Origin: an uncultured Nitrososphaerota archaeon
Lineage (GTDB): Archaea > Thermoproteota > Nitrososphaeria > Conexivisphaerales > DTJL01
Assembly (NCBI GenBank): GCA_963842885.1
Contig: CAWJIE010000005.1
Span: 384,001-448,000 of the forward strand
Direction of reading: 5' to 3'
Length of the DNA stretch: 64,000 nt
The notes below the pieces were generated by a model. It made no database searches and was not told the origin of the DNA. It worked only from the letters and a program-made list of their open reading frames with translations. The position numbers and the translations under genes were made by a program. Shown piece after piece: positions 21,295-31,059 of this stretch. Positions within the stretch are counted from its first letter, which is position 1; each line of letters opens with the position of its first letter.

Positions 21295-22342
21295 CTATGG
21301 GGAGCCGGAGGCCGCAGGTGGGGCAGCTGCTCCCTTTCAGGATGTTCTTCTTGACGCCGAATATACTGCGGACCACCACGGGCGTGGAGCATCCTGGGCA
21401 GAAAGTCGTTTCGTATTTGTCCTCCCACATGTTTCCGATGTAGACGTACCGTATCCCTGCCTCCTTTGCGACCGCATACATCTTCAGGAGCATTTCGCGA
21501 GGGGAGGCTGGGACGTTTAGCATCTTGTAGTCGGGGTGGAAGGATAGGAGATGGAACGAAGCGTCGTCGCCCTGGACGTCCAGGAGGAACTCTGCCATCT
21601 TCTTCACGTCCCCCAAGTCGCTACCCTCTGGCACCGGCACTGCGAGGTTGGTCACTTCGACGTGCACCTTCCTGGCTTGAAGCTCCCTGATGGCATCGAA
21701 TATCGGCGCAGGCGAAGGCACGTAGATGTACTTCCTGTAGAACTGCACGTTGGCGTTCCCCTTGAAGTCCACCGTGATGGCGTCGAGGTGGGGGGCGAGG
21801 GCCTCCACCGCCTCCGGCGTCATGTATCCGTCGGAGACCCATGTGGTGAAGAGACCCCTCCGCTTGGCCAGCTTCATGACGTCAAGGAGATATTCGATCT
21901 GGGTGGTGGGCTCATTGTAGGTGCCGGTGATTCCGTCGGCCCCCAGCTCGAGGGCGGAATCGACCACTTCCTCCGGCTCGGTGTAGCCTTCCTCCACTCG
22001 TCGCCTTTGGCTGATTTCGAAGTTCTGGCAGAACTGGCAAGCGAAAGTGCAACCTGCGGTCGATATCGACAGCACGCGGCTCCCCGGCTTGAAATGGAAG
22101 AGAGGCTTCTTCTCTATGGGATCCACGGCGGAAGCCGTCAGGCGGCCGTAGCTCAACGCGTACATCTTCCCGCCGAAGTTCCCCCTCACTCCGCAGAACC
22201 CCACCTTCCCTTCGGGGACGGAGCAGAACCTGGGGCAGAGGTTGCACTTGGTCCTCCCTCCATCCGCCTTCCTCCAGAAAGCCGCTTCGACTCTAGGGTG
22301 ATCCGGTTGCAAGTGCAGGTGCATGAGACGGCGTTCGCTCAT
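21287..22342 (-). CDS. AmmeMemoRadiSam-type radical SAM enzyme
   Basis: CNLCPRFC...GFCGVR, DPIEKKPLFHF, CTFACQFCQN, YNEP, FHPDY, CPGC/CPTC. Confidence 0.9.
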   Translation of the reverse strand: MSERRLMHLHLQPDHPRVEAAFWRKADGGRTKCNLCPRFCSVPEGKVGFCGVRGNFGGKMYALSYGRLTASAVDPIEKKPLFHFKPGSRVLSISTAGCTFACQFCQNFEISQRRRVEEGYTEPEEVVDSALELGADGITGTYNEPTTQIEYLLDVMKLAKRRGLFTTWVSDGYMTPEAVEALAPHLDAITVDFKGNANVQFYRKYIYVPSPAPIFDAIRELQARKVHVEVTNLAVPVPEGSDLGDVKKMAEFLLDVQGDDASFHLLSFHPDYKMLNVPASPREMLLKMYAVAKEAGIRYVYIGNMWEDKYETTFCPGCSTPVVVRSIFGVKKNILKGSSCPTCGLRLPIVT

Positions 22343-22367
22343 TTATCCATTGTCGTTATCTCCCCGG

Positions 22368-23198
22368 TCAGCCCAGGAGATCGCGAGCCTGACTTGAGAG
22401 CCCTCGGAGCCTGTGAGCGGGGATGCCGGTCTTCTCCGAGATGTCGCCCAAGTCGAAACGGAGGAGGTCGCGGACCAGAATTAGGCCGCACGTGGCCAGC
22501 GCAGCCGTTTCATCGGCGTCCAGACCGTGGAGGATCGTGATCGGGTAGAGCCTTCCCGTGTCGATTATCCTCTCGAGCCCGTTCCTCTCCGGGTGATGCC
22601 ATCCGAGGAGCTCGATGTCCCTGCAGCTGGAGAAGGTTATCGCGTCCTCCGAGAACTTGGTGTTCGTCACGAGCATGGCTTTCTCTATCTTGGCGCCGAC
22701 ATGGTTGATGGCGTACCCCTCTGTTATATCCAAGAGGCGGGCGTAGGTGTACATGGCTTCCTTCAGACCGGTGAACACCCCCTTGTAGTTGTGGTACTTG
22801 CATTCGACCATGGTCGCCCTGCCCTTCGCCACGGCGATGAGGTCGATTTCGTGCCTGACGCACCGGCCGTGGGCGATGTTCCGCACCGAGACTTCGTATC
22901 CCATCCACGTGAGTATGGCCCCGATGTAGTCCTCGAAGGGGAAGCCGCTGGGGCCCAGTTTCATTATTGAATCCTTCAGGTCGTACGCCATGGAGCCCTT
23001 CACGTCATATCTCGAAAGCTGAGCGGAGGCGAGCTGATAGATCTCCTTGGTCGTTATTTCATCATGAAGCTTCGGCTCGATGCCGTCCAGGACCCTCTGG
23101 GCCACCGACTTCGAAGACCCTCCGCGCATGATAGAACGCAGGAACTTCCTGCGGTTGAATTCCTCCGTGTCCCCCGAGGCCTTGACTACTTGCACCAA
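22368..23198 (-). CDS. ATP-cone + Mrr-like PD-(D/E)xK endonuclease domain protein
   Basis: V.K.SG..E.F...K ATP-cone; GFPFE, HEID..A, VECKYH, TNT.FS. Confidence 0.82.
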   Translation of the reverse strand: MVQVVKASGDTEEFNRRKFLRSIMRGGSSKSVAQRVLDGIEPKLHDEITTKEIYQLASAQLSRYDVKGSMAYDLKDSIMKLGPSGFPFEDYIGAILTWMGYEVSVRNIAHGRCVRHEIDLIAVAKGRATMVECKYHNYKGVFTGLKEAMYTYARLLDITEGYAINHVGAKIEKAMLVTNTKFSEDAITFSSCRDIELLGWHHPERNGLERIIDTGRLYPITILHGLDADETAALATCGLILVRDLLRFDLGDISEKTGIPAHRLRGLSSQARDLLG

Positions 23199-23490
23199 TC
23201 CAGTGCTGTTGCGGCCGCTGAAGGCTTAAGCGTTGCTGAGCAGCTCCAGCGTGCTCCATGTGGACCTCTAAAGCGGGCCGGCTCATGCCTCCCCATCCGC
23301 GACACAGACCCCGCGACCTCCGTCGCCACACGGTATGAACGAAGACCCTCCGGACGGGATATGTCGACGCGCCGAGGCCGCAGGCTCATTCGTAGGCACT
23401 CGCTGGGCACTTCCTATCTGCCATCCACAGCCGTCCTCTTCGGTCATAGGTTTATTATCGACCGGCTTGAGTGTCTTGAGGAGCGACAAA

Positions 23491-25032
23491 TTGGTCGACC
23501 CAGTCACTCTCCAAGAAATGTATGACGAGCTCCTGTCCCTCTCCAAGGACTACATTGTTCTGGCCACAACTCAAGCTCTTGTCGAGTGGGATCTTGAAAC
23601 CAAGATGCCTCCTCGGGGCATCCGTCTCCGGAGCGAGCAACTCTCGCTGATGAGCCAGGTGGCCCACAGGATGGTCATCGACCCGAGGATTGGCGAACTG
23701 CTGGGGGGCATCGAGAAGGACAGCGCATTCGCGAACCTTTCTGATGTTCAGCGGAGGAACGTGGCCCTACTTCGAAAGGTTTACGACGAAGAGACCAAGC
23801 TCCCCGAGCGCCTAGTCACCGAGATGGCTCGACAGAGGGCGCTCACGGTTGACGTCTGGAAGAAGGCGAAGGCGGCGAAGGATTTCGGGGTCTTCAAGCC
23901 AGAGCTGCAGAAGCTGGTCGACCTATCGAAGGAAGCGGCTTCCATACTGAAGGACGTCAAGGGGACCGAGACTGCCTACGATGCCCTCGTCGACAAGTTT
24001 GAGCCGAAGATGACGTCCGCCTTGATTTCCCCCGTATTCGGCGATCTGAGGAAGGGGATAATGGTGGTGATGGACAAGTGCCTGGGCTCACGCGATCAGC
24101 CTGATGCAAACCTCCTTCGTCGGCGGGTTCCGGTCGAAGCGCAGCGGGAGATCGCCGGCTCCTTGTCCAACTTCCTTCTCTATGACGTCGATTCAAAGCA
24201 AGCGGGAGGGCGCATCGATGAGACGGAGCATCCCTTCACAACCGGCTATTACGACGACGTCCGAATCACCACCCACTACTATGAGGACCTCCCCGCATCC
24301 TCCATCTTCTCGGTCCTTCACGAAGCCGGGCATGCGACATACGAGCAGAACCTCCCTCGGGACTGGATGTTCCAGCCGGTCGGTTCGGCATGCTCCTTCG
24401 GCTTCCACGAATCGCAGTCAAGGTTCGTTGAGAACATGGTGGGACGATCCAAGGAGTTTTGGACCTATTACCTGCTCACCCTCAAGGCCATGACGGGCGG
24501 CGCCTTCTCAGACGTGGAGCTGGGGCCCTTCGTGAAGGCCATCAACGCCGTCCAGCCGTCGAAGATTAGGATTGAGGCCGACGAGGTGACATACGGCCTC
24601 CACATCATCGTCCGCTTCGAGATCGAGCGCGACCTGTTCGCAGGGAAGATTTCGGTCGCGGAGCTTCCCACAGTGTGGAACGAGAAGTACAAGGAGTACC
24701 TTGGCCTGAAGATTGACAACGACTCAGAGGGAGTGATGCAGGACACTCACTGGGCCAGCGGGCTCTATGGCTACTTCCCGTCTTACGCCCTGGGCAACAT
24801 CTACGGCGGCCAGATCAGGCACGTCCTGGAAGCCCAGCTGCCGGGGTGGCGAACCAGCATTTCGAAGGGCGAGTTCAGCCCGGTGAGGAATTGGCTGAGC
24901 AAGAACCTCTACGCCTACGGCAACCTCTACGACCCTCTCGACCTGCTCAAGAAGGTCACGGGGGAGGGCATCACCGTCAGGCGCTACATCGACTACCTTG
25001 ACGCGAAGTGCTCCGAACTCTACGGCTACTAG
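23491..25032 (+). CDS. M32 carboxypeptidase (Taq-type)
   Basis: WD.ET.MP, HPF, DVRITT, HEAGH, HESQS, IRIEADE, GYFPSY. Confidence 0.95.
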   Translation: MVDPVTLQEMYDELLSLSKDYIVLATTQALVEWDLETKMPPRGIRLRSEQLSLMSQVAHRMVIDPRIGELLGGIEKDSAFANLSDVQRRNVALLRKVYDEETKLPERLVTEMARQRALTVDVWKKAKAAKDFGVFKPELQKLVDLSKEAASILKDVKGTETAYDALVDKFEPKMTSALISPVFGDLRKGIMVVMDKCLGSRDQPDANLLRRRVPVEAQREIAGSLSNFLLYDVDSKQAGGRIDETEHPFTTGYYDDVRITTHYYEDLPASSIFSVLHEAGHATYEQNLPRDWMFQPVGSACSFGFHESQSRFVENMVGRSKEFWTYYLLTLKAMTGGAFSDVELGPFVKAINAVQPSKIRIEADEVTYGLHIIVRFEIERDLFAGKISVAELPTVWNEKYKEYLGLKIDNDSEGVMQDTHWASGLYGYFPSYALGNIYGGQIRHVLEAQLPGWRTSISKGEFSPVRNWLSKNLYAYGNLYDPLDLLKKVTGEGITVRRYIDYLDAKCSELYGY

Positions 25033-25095
25033 AACATATCCGTCGCCTGCCCGGACGGGCAAACGTTTAATCCCCGCCTTCCTTTAGCCATTCAT

Positions 25096-26499
25096 ATGCC
25101 TTCGCTGGGCCCTTCGATTAGCCTCAAGGACACTCTGACTGGAGAGAGGGTGAGCTTGGACCCCGCCTCCAAGAAGGAGGTCAGGATCTACGTCTGCGGG
25201 CTCACCGTCTACTCCTACGCCCACATAGGTCACGCCAAGAGCTTCGTCTTCTTTGACGTGCTGAGGCGGGTCTTGAAGGAGAAGGGCTTCAAAGTGACTA
25301 TGGCCCAGAACTTCACCGACGTCGACGACAGGATCATCGACAGGGCCAAGGTCGCCGGCGTTTCGCCCCTCAGTCTGGCTGAGGAGAACATCAAGGGGTA
25401 CTTCGACGACTTCGCGCTCTTGAACGTCGAGAGGGTAGACCTTTACCCGAGGGCCACGGAGAACATCAAGGAGATCCTGGATTTCATCGGCGGCCTCCTC
25501 CAGAAGGGCGCGGCATATCCAGCTCAGACCGGGGTCTACTTCGACGTGACGAAGTTCCCTGGCTACGGGAAGCTCTCGAAGGTGAACACGGAGCAGCTGC
25601 AGGCTGGCGCGAGGATAGAGCCCGACCCGGCGAAGAGGAACCCGGCCGACTTCGCCCTTTGGAAGTTCTCTGATTCAGATCCCTCATGGGACAGCCCCTG
25701 GGGTCGAGGACGCCCTGGATGGCACATCGAGTGTTCAGCCATGGTGCACAGGTACCTGGGGGAGCCGTTGGACATCCACGGAGGAGGTGAGGACCTCCTT
25801 TTCCCTCATCACGAGAACGAGATCGCCCAGTCAGAGACCCTGATGGGGAAGCCCCTGGCTCGCATCTGGATGCATGTGGGCCTCCTTAACCTCTCCAACG
25901 AGAAGATGTCGAAGTCGCTCGGCAACGTGATAGGGGTTAGGGAGGCGGTGTCGAGGTGGGGGCCCAACACTCTCCGCTATTTCTTGTTGTCCAACCGGTA
26001 TAGGAACCAGGTCGCTTTCACGGAGGAGGCCGTCAGAAACAGCAACTCCAACTGGGCCGTCATCGAAGGGGCTGCCTACGAACTTCTCCATCCGGCTGGG
26101 ACCGACAGAGAGGCCCCAATGGTCGAGTTCGAACGCTCGTTGTCAGCCTTTGACAAGGCCCTCTCTGACGACGTGGACATGCCTAATGCCCTCGCCGAGC
26201 TCGTCAACGTTTCGCGGGCTGTGAACAGGTTGGCGTCTCAGAACAGGCTGGGCCCGTCCACGGCCGGTGCCGTCAGACCCTACTTCGACATGATGTTCTA
26301 CACTCTCGGCTTCGCCTTGCCCACACCGAGCGGGAAGGAAGTGGAGGAGGTCTCCGCACTGGTCTCCACCCGCGCTGAGTTCAGGGCGGAGGGGAAGTAC
26401 GGGGATGCGGACAAGATCCGAAGCGAGCTGCTCGCCAGGAAAGTGAGGCTCGTCGACAGGAGCGAGGGGACCGTCTGGATGAAGGTGGAGACACTCTGA
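25096..26499 (+). CDS. cysS: Cysteine--tRNA ligase
   Basis: CG.TVY..HIGH, DFALWK, GRPGWHIECS, HHENE, KMSKS. Confidence 0.97.
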   Translation: MPSLGPSISLKDTLTGERVSLDPASKKEVRIYVCGLTVYSYAHIGHAKSFVFFDVLRRVLKEKGFKVTMAQNFTDVDDRIIDRAKVAGVSPLSLAEENIKGYFDDFALLNVERVDLYPRATENIKEILDFIGGLLQKGAAYPAQTGVYFDVTKFPGYGKLSKVNTEQLQAGARIEPDPAKRNPADFALWKFSDSDPSWDSPWGRGRPGWHIECSAMVHRYLGEPLDIHGGGEDLLFPHHENEIAQSETLMGKPLARIWMHVGLLNLSNEKMSKSLGNVIGVREAVSRWGPNTLRYFLLSNRYRNQVAFTEEAVRNSNSNWAVIEGAAYELLHPAGTDREAPMVEFERSLSAFDKALSDDVDMPNALAELVNVSRAVNRLASQNRLGPSTAGAVRPYFDMMFYTLGFALPTPSGKEVEEVSALVSTRAEFRAEGKYGDADKIRSELLARKVRLVDRSEGTVWMKVETL

Positions 26500-26539
26500 C
26501 GAAGAATCACCTGCAATACTTTTAAAGAGGAGGGCTGGG

Positions 26540-27667
26540 GTGCAAAGAGGTTACTCCTTATGCCTAGTACCTTTCCAGACGACGGGGACCGACCTTGCCT
26601 CTTACATCTACTTCATTGTCTACGCCGCGTCGTTTCTGATAGTCTTTGTTTACCAGGCAAGGATTCAGGTATTCATCGCCATGTACAAGGTGGGCGGCAG
26701 CCTTCGCAAGCTCGAAGGGATGAAGGAAGAATCGAGGGCCAAGCTGCGCGAGGAGCTGGGGAAGTACGGAGGAGACGCGCCCACGATTAAGAGCGAGGTC
26801 GAGAAGCTCATGACTTCCGTGATGATAGAGCCCGTGAGCATCGACCCGAAGGGGATCGTGTTCAAGCTCGATCGCATCCTGAGGACCTACGAGGACTATT
26901 TCAAATCGCGGGTCGCTTCGCTGACCCCCAACGCGGACAAGGTCGCTCGGCAGAACTTGGCGAACTTGGTCGAGGTGGGCATGTCTCTCGACTTCCTTTA
27001 CAGATATGTCCGGCACCTCTACACGTCTGCCAAGAAGGACCATGACATGATGTCGACGTTCATGCTTCAGCTAACGCTTCCTCAGCTCATGGACACCGCG
27101 GATGCATACTATTCGTCCATCGGCTCTTTCACCAAGGGGGAGACCATCGGTGACGGCCTCGGACCTCTTGTCGCGTCCAAGCTCATAGCCTCTAACCCTG
27201 TGAAACTCGTCGAGGAGGAGACGGTCTTCTCGGAGACGAACTTCGATGACAGGAAGGTCATAGTGGTGCGGGCCGAAGGTCCGGGCGGCACAGTGGGAAG
27301 GCCCGGCGAGGCCGTCGAGAAGCTACTCCAGCTCTACCCTGACGTCTCCATGGTGGTCACCGTGGACGCCGCCCTGAAGCTCGAAGGCGAGAAGTCGGGA
27401 GAGATAGCTGAAGGTATCGGCGCCGCCATTGGCGGGCCTGGCGTGGACAGGTTCAGGATAGAGGAGACCGCCACCAAGAACAAAGTGCCCATGTACGCTC
27501 TCGTGGTCAAGATGTCCGAGAAGGAGGCGATCACGGCGATGAAGGACGATGTCCGCAACGCTGCGGACGCGGTGGTGACCAGGATCAAGAAGCTCATGGA
27601 TGACAAGACCAAGCCCAACTCAACGGTGTTGCTTGCGGGCGTCGGCAACACCATCGGAATCCGCTAG
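26540..27667 (+). CDS. DUF1512-type archaeal membrane-anchored protein
   Basis: N-terminal TM; P.SIDP.GI, IGDG.GP, AEGPGGTVG.PG, VDAALKLEGE, GVGNTIGI. Confidence 0.8.
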   Translation: MQRGYSLCLVPFQTTGTDLASYIYFIVYAASFLIVFVYQARIQVFIAMYKVGGSLRKLEGMKEESRAKLREELGKYGGDAPTIKSEVEKLMTSVMIEPVSIDPKGIVFKLDRILRTYEDYFKSRVASLTPNADKVARQNLANLVEVGMSLDFLYRYVRHLYTSAKKDHDMMSTFMLQLTLPQLMDTADAYYSSIGSFTKGETIGDGLGPLVASKLIASNPVKLVEEETVFSETNFDDRKVIVVRAEGPGGTVGRPGEAVEKLLQLYPDVSMVVTVDAALKLEGEKSGEIAEGIGAAIGGPGVDRFRIEETATKNKVPMYALVVKMSEKEAITAMKDDVRNAADAVVTRIKKLMDDKTKPNSTVLLAGVGNTIGIR

Positions 27668-27734
27668 CTCGGCACCGATTTCATGGTTTTTGCACTTTGC
27701 CACCGGTAGGGCTGCCGACCGGACGCGGGCTTCT

Positions 27735-28691
27735 CTAACCGTGGCGTCCCAGTGTCTTCACCACGTTCAACCAGGTCTCCGATGTGCTGATGGGGTTGTA
27801 GCCTCCGCCCCCCAAGGCCAGGAGCCTGCCGTCGCTGTACCTGCGGCTGATTTCCGCGAGCTTGGCCGTCGCGTATCCGTGGGCGGCCGGTGTCAGCATC
27901 AGATGGGCTAGCGGGTCCCCTCCCAGGCTGTCTGCTCCGGCTTGAAGGATCACCAGCTCTGGCCTCGCCTTCTCAGCCAGCTCCAGCACCCGACCAAAGG
28001 CCTTGACGAATGCTTCGTCACCCGCTCCGGGCTGCAGCTCAATGTTCAGCTTTGTTCCCTTGGCCGCCCCTCTCCCGGACTCCCGCTCCTGCCCCGTGCC
28101 TGGATAGAGGAACCTTCCGTCTTCATGGAGGTCGCCGATGAAGACATTCGGGTCCTCCTCGAATGCGTAGTAGACGCCGTCTCCATGGTGGGCGTCTATG
28201 TCGACATAAAGCACAGGGGAGTAATGGAGCTTCCGTGTCGCGGTCTCCAGGGCCACCCCCACGTCGTTGAATACGCAGAACCCGGCGGCCGAATCCCTCC
28301 TGGCGTGGTGGAGGCCCCCCATGGGATTGAAGCCGTGGGTGATTTCCTGCCTGGCCAGTGAGTTCAGCAGATCCAGCGTGCTCCCCACCACGTACGCCGC
28401 CGCCTCATACATGCCCGGGAAGGCTGGGGTATCTCCCGAGTCCAGGTAGCCGACGCCCCGGACGGAGAGGGCCTTCACGAGCCGAATGTGGCTGGAGGTG
28501 TGGAATCGCCGGATCTCCTCTTCGCTCGCAGCCCTTGGAGGGAGACGGACGAAGGTCTCTCCGTCGATGAGATCCTCCTCTTCTACCCGTGAGAAGAACT
28601 GCTTGACCCTTCCGCTGTTCATGGGATGGCCGTCGGGGAAGGAGTACCTGAGGAGTTCCTCGCCTAGGACGACACCCGTCCTGCAGGTCAG
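27735..28691 (-). CDS. Histone-deacetylase family / AcuC-like deacetylase
   Basis: YSF..GHPM, GDTP, GGLHHA, GFCVFND, DIDAHHGDG, GAD..GDPL, GGGGY; conserved N-terminus extends 23 codons past the ORF-track ATG to a CTG. Confidence 0.9.
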   Translation of the reverse strand: MTCRTGVVLGEELLRYSFPDGHPMNSGRVKQFFSRVEEEDLIDGETFVRLPPRAASEEEIRRFHTSSHIRLVKALSVRGVGYLDSGDTPAFPGMYEAAAYVVGSTLDLLNSLARQEITHGFNPMGGLHHARRDSAAGFCVFNDVGVALETATRKLHYSPVLYVDIDAHHGDGVYYAFEEDPNVFIGDLHEDGRFLYPGTGQERESGRGAAKGTKLNIELQPGAGDEAFVKAFGRVLELAEKARPELVILQAGADSLGGDPLAHLMLTPAAHGYATAKLAEISRRYSDGRLLALGGGGYNPISTSETWLNVVKTLGRHG

Positions 28692-28697
28692 ACCCAG

Positions 28698-29177
28698 CTA
28701 CCTCTTGTAGCCGATCTTCCTGAGGAAACCATGTCTGTCATCTCGGTCCTTCTCGCCCTCGGTCCCCCTGGGGCTGACGCCGTCGATGACTCCGAGGATC
28801 CCCCTCCCCTGCCCGGTCTTGGCCACTATGACTTCGACGGGGTTCCCGGTGGCGCAGAACAGGCCCACGACCTCTTCGACGGCCTTGACCCTGTTCAACA
28901 CGCTGATGGGGAAGGCGTCCTTCAGTGTGATCACGAAGCAGTGGCCGGCCCCAATCCTCGCTGCGATGGCGGCAGCTTCGGACTTCATGGAGTCGTCGCT
29001 ACCCTCGAGGCGGATCAGGGCGGGGCCGCTGGATTCGCAGAACGCGATTCCGAACTTGATCGACGGCGATGACGTGACGAGCGTTTCGTAGAGGTCCTCT
29101 ACGCTCTTGATGAAGTGTGACTGGCCTATGATCAGGCTGAAATCCTTCGGAGTGACGTCGACGGACTCAAACTCCAA
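28698..29177 (-). CDS. Adenosine-specific kinase family (DUF355)
   Basis: IGQSHFIK.VEDL, GIAFCESSG, GAGH, CAT.NP, GRG.LGV.DG, LRKIGYKR. Confidence 0.88.
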   Translation of the reverse strand: MEFESVDVTPKDFSLIIGQSHFIKSVEDLYETLVTSSPSIKFGIAFCESSGPALIRLEGSDDSMKSEAAAIAARIGAGHCFVITLKDAFPISVLNRVKAVEEVVGLFCATGNPVEVIVAKTGQGRGILGVIDGVSPRGTEGEKDRDDRHGFLRKIGYKR

Positions 29178-29195
29178 GCCCTGTCTCAGCGCCTT

Positions 29196-30050
29196 CTATC
29201 CGCCGTCTTCTATTATCCTTTGCTGAGCAGACGCCCGTCTTACATGGCTCAGGAGCAGGTCGGCCCGTTCCTTAAGCTCCCGCTCCTCGAGCTTGATCTT
29301 TATGGAAGAAGAGGCCAGTTCGAGGCGCGGGTCCTTCGACGCCGACCTTTCGGAAAGGAACCAATCGAGGTACAGCATGGCGTCGAACGGCTTCATATCC
29401 GCCAATAGCCCGTCCACCTTGACGTTCATCACCAAGGCCTCGGACTCTGGAATCCCCGCAGCCAGCTTCAGGGCCCGCCTCTTGGCTGCCGACTCCGTGG
29501 CCTGGTCGAAGTCGAGGACCGTCGCGATGGGGTTGAGAGAGGCTGCGCTCTTCATCTGCTCCACCAAGTGGGAGGGGTGCGGGACGATCCCCCTGAGCAG
29601 AAGCACGGCCTCCGAATACTTTGCGGATGCCGCAAGGAGGTTGAGCGTGGCCTGATAAGGCCTGGCGTTAGCTTGGCTGCTGTAGACGATGCTGAGATGC
29701 TTGATAGTCGTCGTCAGGCGCCTCATCGCGGTGGCCAGGAGGAGCTTCTCGATCTTTCGGTCCCCGAAGCTCGCCTTGAGGCTGGAGAAGGACCACCTGT
29801 CGTCACTGACCACCTGGAGCCTCTCGCTCTCAAGGTAAAGCTGCGACATGTTGGTGATGGGGATGACTTCGTAGTACTTCTTCCCACCGGAGATGGTCCA
29901 GGGACGACCGACAGCAGGGTACGCTGCTACGTTGACTTCGCAATAGGACCTCGCCATCTTGGCGGCCTGGCAGCCTATGACGGCCAAGCTGGCATCTGGG
30001 TGCTTCATCCGTATCCTTTCAATGATTTCGATGGGTAGCGGCGATTGCAA
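29196..30050 (-). CDS. Hypothetical protein, possibly a degenerate nucleotidyltransferase fold
   Basis: 284-aa ORF with own TATA (CTTAAATA, 30088-30095, minus strand); IGC.A...YCE and PHPSH segments. Confidence 0.6.
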   Translation of the reverse strand: MQSPLPIEIIERIRMKHPDASLAVIGCQAAKMARSYCEVNVAAYPAVGRPWTISGGKKYYEVIPITNMSQLYLESERLQVVSDDRWSFSSLKASFGDRKIEKLLLATAMRRLTTTIKHLSIVYSSQANARPYQATLNLLAASAKYSEAVLLLRGIVPHPSHLVEQMKSAASLNPIATVLDFDQATESAAKRRALKLAAGIPESEALVMNVKVDGLLADMKPFDAMLYLDWFLSERSASKDPRLELASSSIKIKLEERELKERADLLLSHVRRASAQQRIIEDGG

Positions 30051-30103
30051 GGTCTCTCGAGGGATGAATACGATATCCTGCCTTCTCTATTTAAGAACTA
30101 TCG

Positions 30104-30412
30104 TTACGCGGGTTCTGGTCGGTTGTCGGTTGATGGGTCAAGGTCGTCTCCCTGTAAAGTTTCGGTTGATGGGCCCAGAGGTAGTAGCTCTGCCATCTTT
30201 CTTGACACTGTCATCCGATAGAAGTAGCCATCCAAACTTTCTACGAATAGCACTTCCTCGCCAGCCTCATTCCTGTCTTTCCACCAGTAGTTCACCGAGA
30301 CATGCTTGATGCCCCGAATAGGCGAGGAGCATGGACGAGTGGCAAACTCTTCCGCCATCAAGGTCTTCCCGCATCGGGAACACTTCCCGATTTCAGGGTG
30401 CCTGTTCGACAT
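30104..30412 (-). CDS. Small Cys-rich (CxxC..C) cargo protein
   Basis: MSNRHPEIGKCSRCGKTLMAEEF..PC; start overlaps the upstream gene; frame runs through the left TIR. Confidence 0.6.
   Translation of the reverse strand: MSNRHPEIGKCSRCGKTLMAEEFATRPCSSPIRGIKHVSVNYWWKDRNEAGEEVLFVESLDGYFYRMTVSRKMAELLPLGPSTETLQGDDLDPSTDNRPEPA
30111..30174 (+). repeat. Left terminal inverted repeat
   Basis: GGTTCTGGTCGGTTGTCGGTTGATGGGTCAAGGTCGTCTCCCTGTAAAGTTTCGGTTGATGGGC; TCGGTTG occurs three times. Confidence 0.92.
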
Positions 30413-30887
30413 CGCTGGTTTCGACACCTCCTCGGTTCCTATTCTGGTCGCATTCTTCATACATCTTCTTGAATTTGTCTCTCTCGACTGTGAGTCTCTG
30501 GACTACGTCCTTCAGATTCCTATTCTCGACCTGCATGTCGGCAAACTTGCCGACAAAGCCTTCGGCATCGCGAATTACATTATGGACCTTCCCGTGGGTG
30601 TATGCGGTAACCAACTCTTCGGCAGACTGATGCCAGAATACCTTTCCTCTGGTCAGCTCATATTGGCTTAATGCGTTGGAGATTATATCAGCGAGCGACA
30701 TAGGACTTCCCAGCTTCTTCTCCTCCCTTTGCCCAGTCTTCTCGACCACCCAGATCGCCTGTCCAATCACCTTCGAAGCCTTGTCGCAATCGATTTCCCA
30801 TTCCTCGCGCTTCCATCGAAGGAAAATGTCCTCCGCATGGTCATAAAGCTCCTTCTGTGCCCGCGCAAAAGGTGAGTCTTCACTCAT
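30393..30887 (-). CDS. Hypothetical cargo protein with C-terminal coiled coil
   Basis: 164-aa ORF coupled by an ATGA overlap to the AbrB-like gene. Confidence 0.7.
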   Translation of the reverse strand: MSEDSPFARAQKELYDHAEDIFLRWKREEWEIDCDKASKVIGQAIWVVEKTGQREEKKLGSPMSLADIISNALSQYELTRGKVFWHQSAEELVTAYTHGKVHNVIRDAEGFVGKFADMQVENRNLKDVVQRLTVERDKFKKMYEECDQNRNRGGVETSDVEQAP

Positions 30888-31057
30888 GTTCTCGCTTTCC
30901 TTACCAAGACTACTTTCTTCCCCTCAGCAATCTCCATCCTCCACTCCAGCTTGTCTCCTGCCTCCAAGTCGAGATAGGACACGACCCCTTCGGGTATGGT
31001 TGCCCTGAGTGACTTCGTGCCAACTTTGGCTATTCCAACGGTAGTTTCTAATCCCAC
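30884..31057 (-). CDS. AbrB/MazE/SpoVT-family DNA-binding protein (57 aa, absent from ORF track)
   Basis: Manual translation MGLETTVGIAKVGTKSLRATIPEGVVSYLDLEAGDKLEWRMEIAEGKKVVLVRKART*; SLR.TIP....L.L..GD.LEW signature. Confidence 0.85.
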   Translation of the reverse strand: MGLETTVGIAKVGTKSLRATIPEGVVSYLDLEAGDKLEWRMEIAEGKKVVLVRKART

Positions 31058-31059
31058 GC

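Noticed and set aside
23186-23446. Possible small Cys-containing gene upstream of the ATP-cone nuclease
   Set aside because: Needs unverified frameshifts to give a plausible protein
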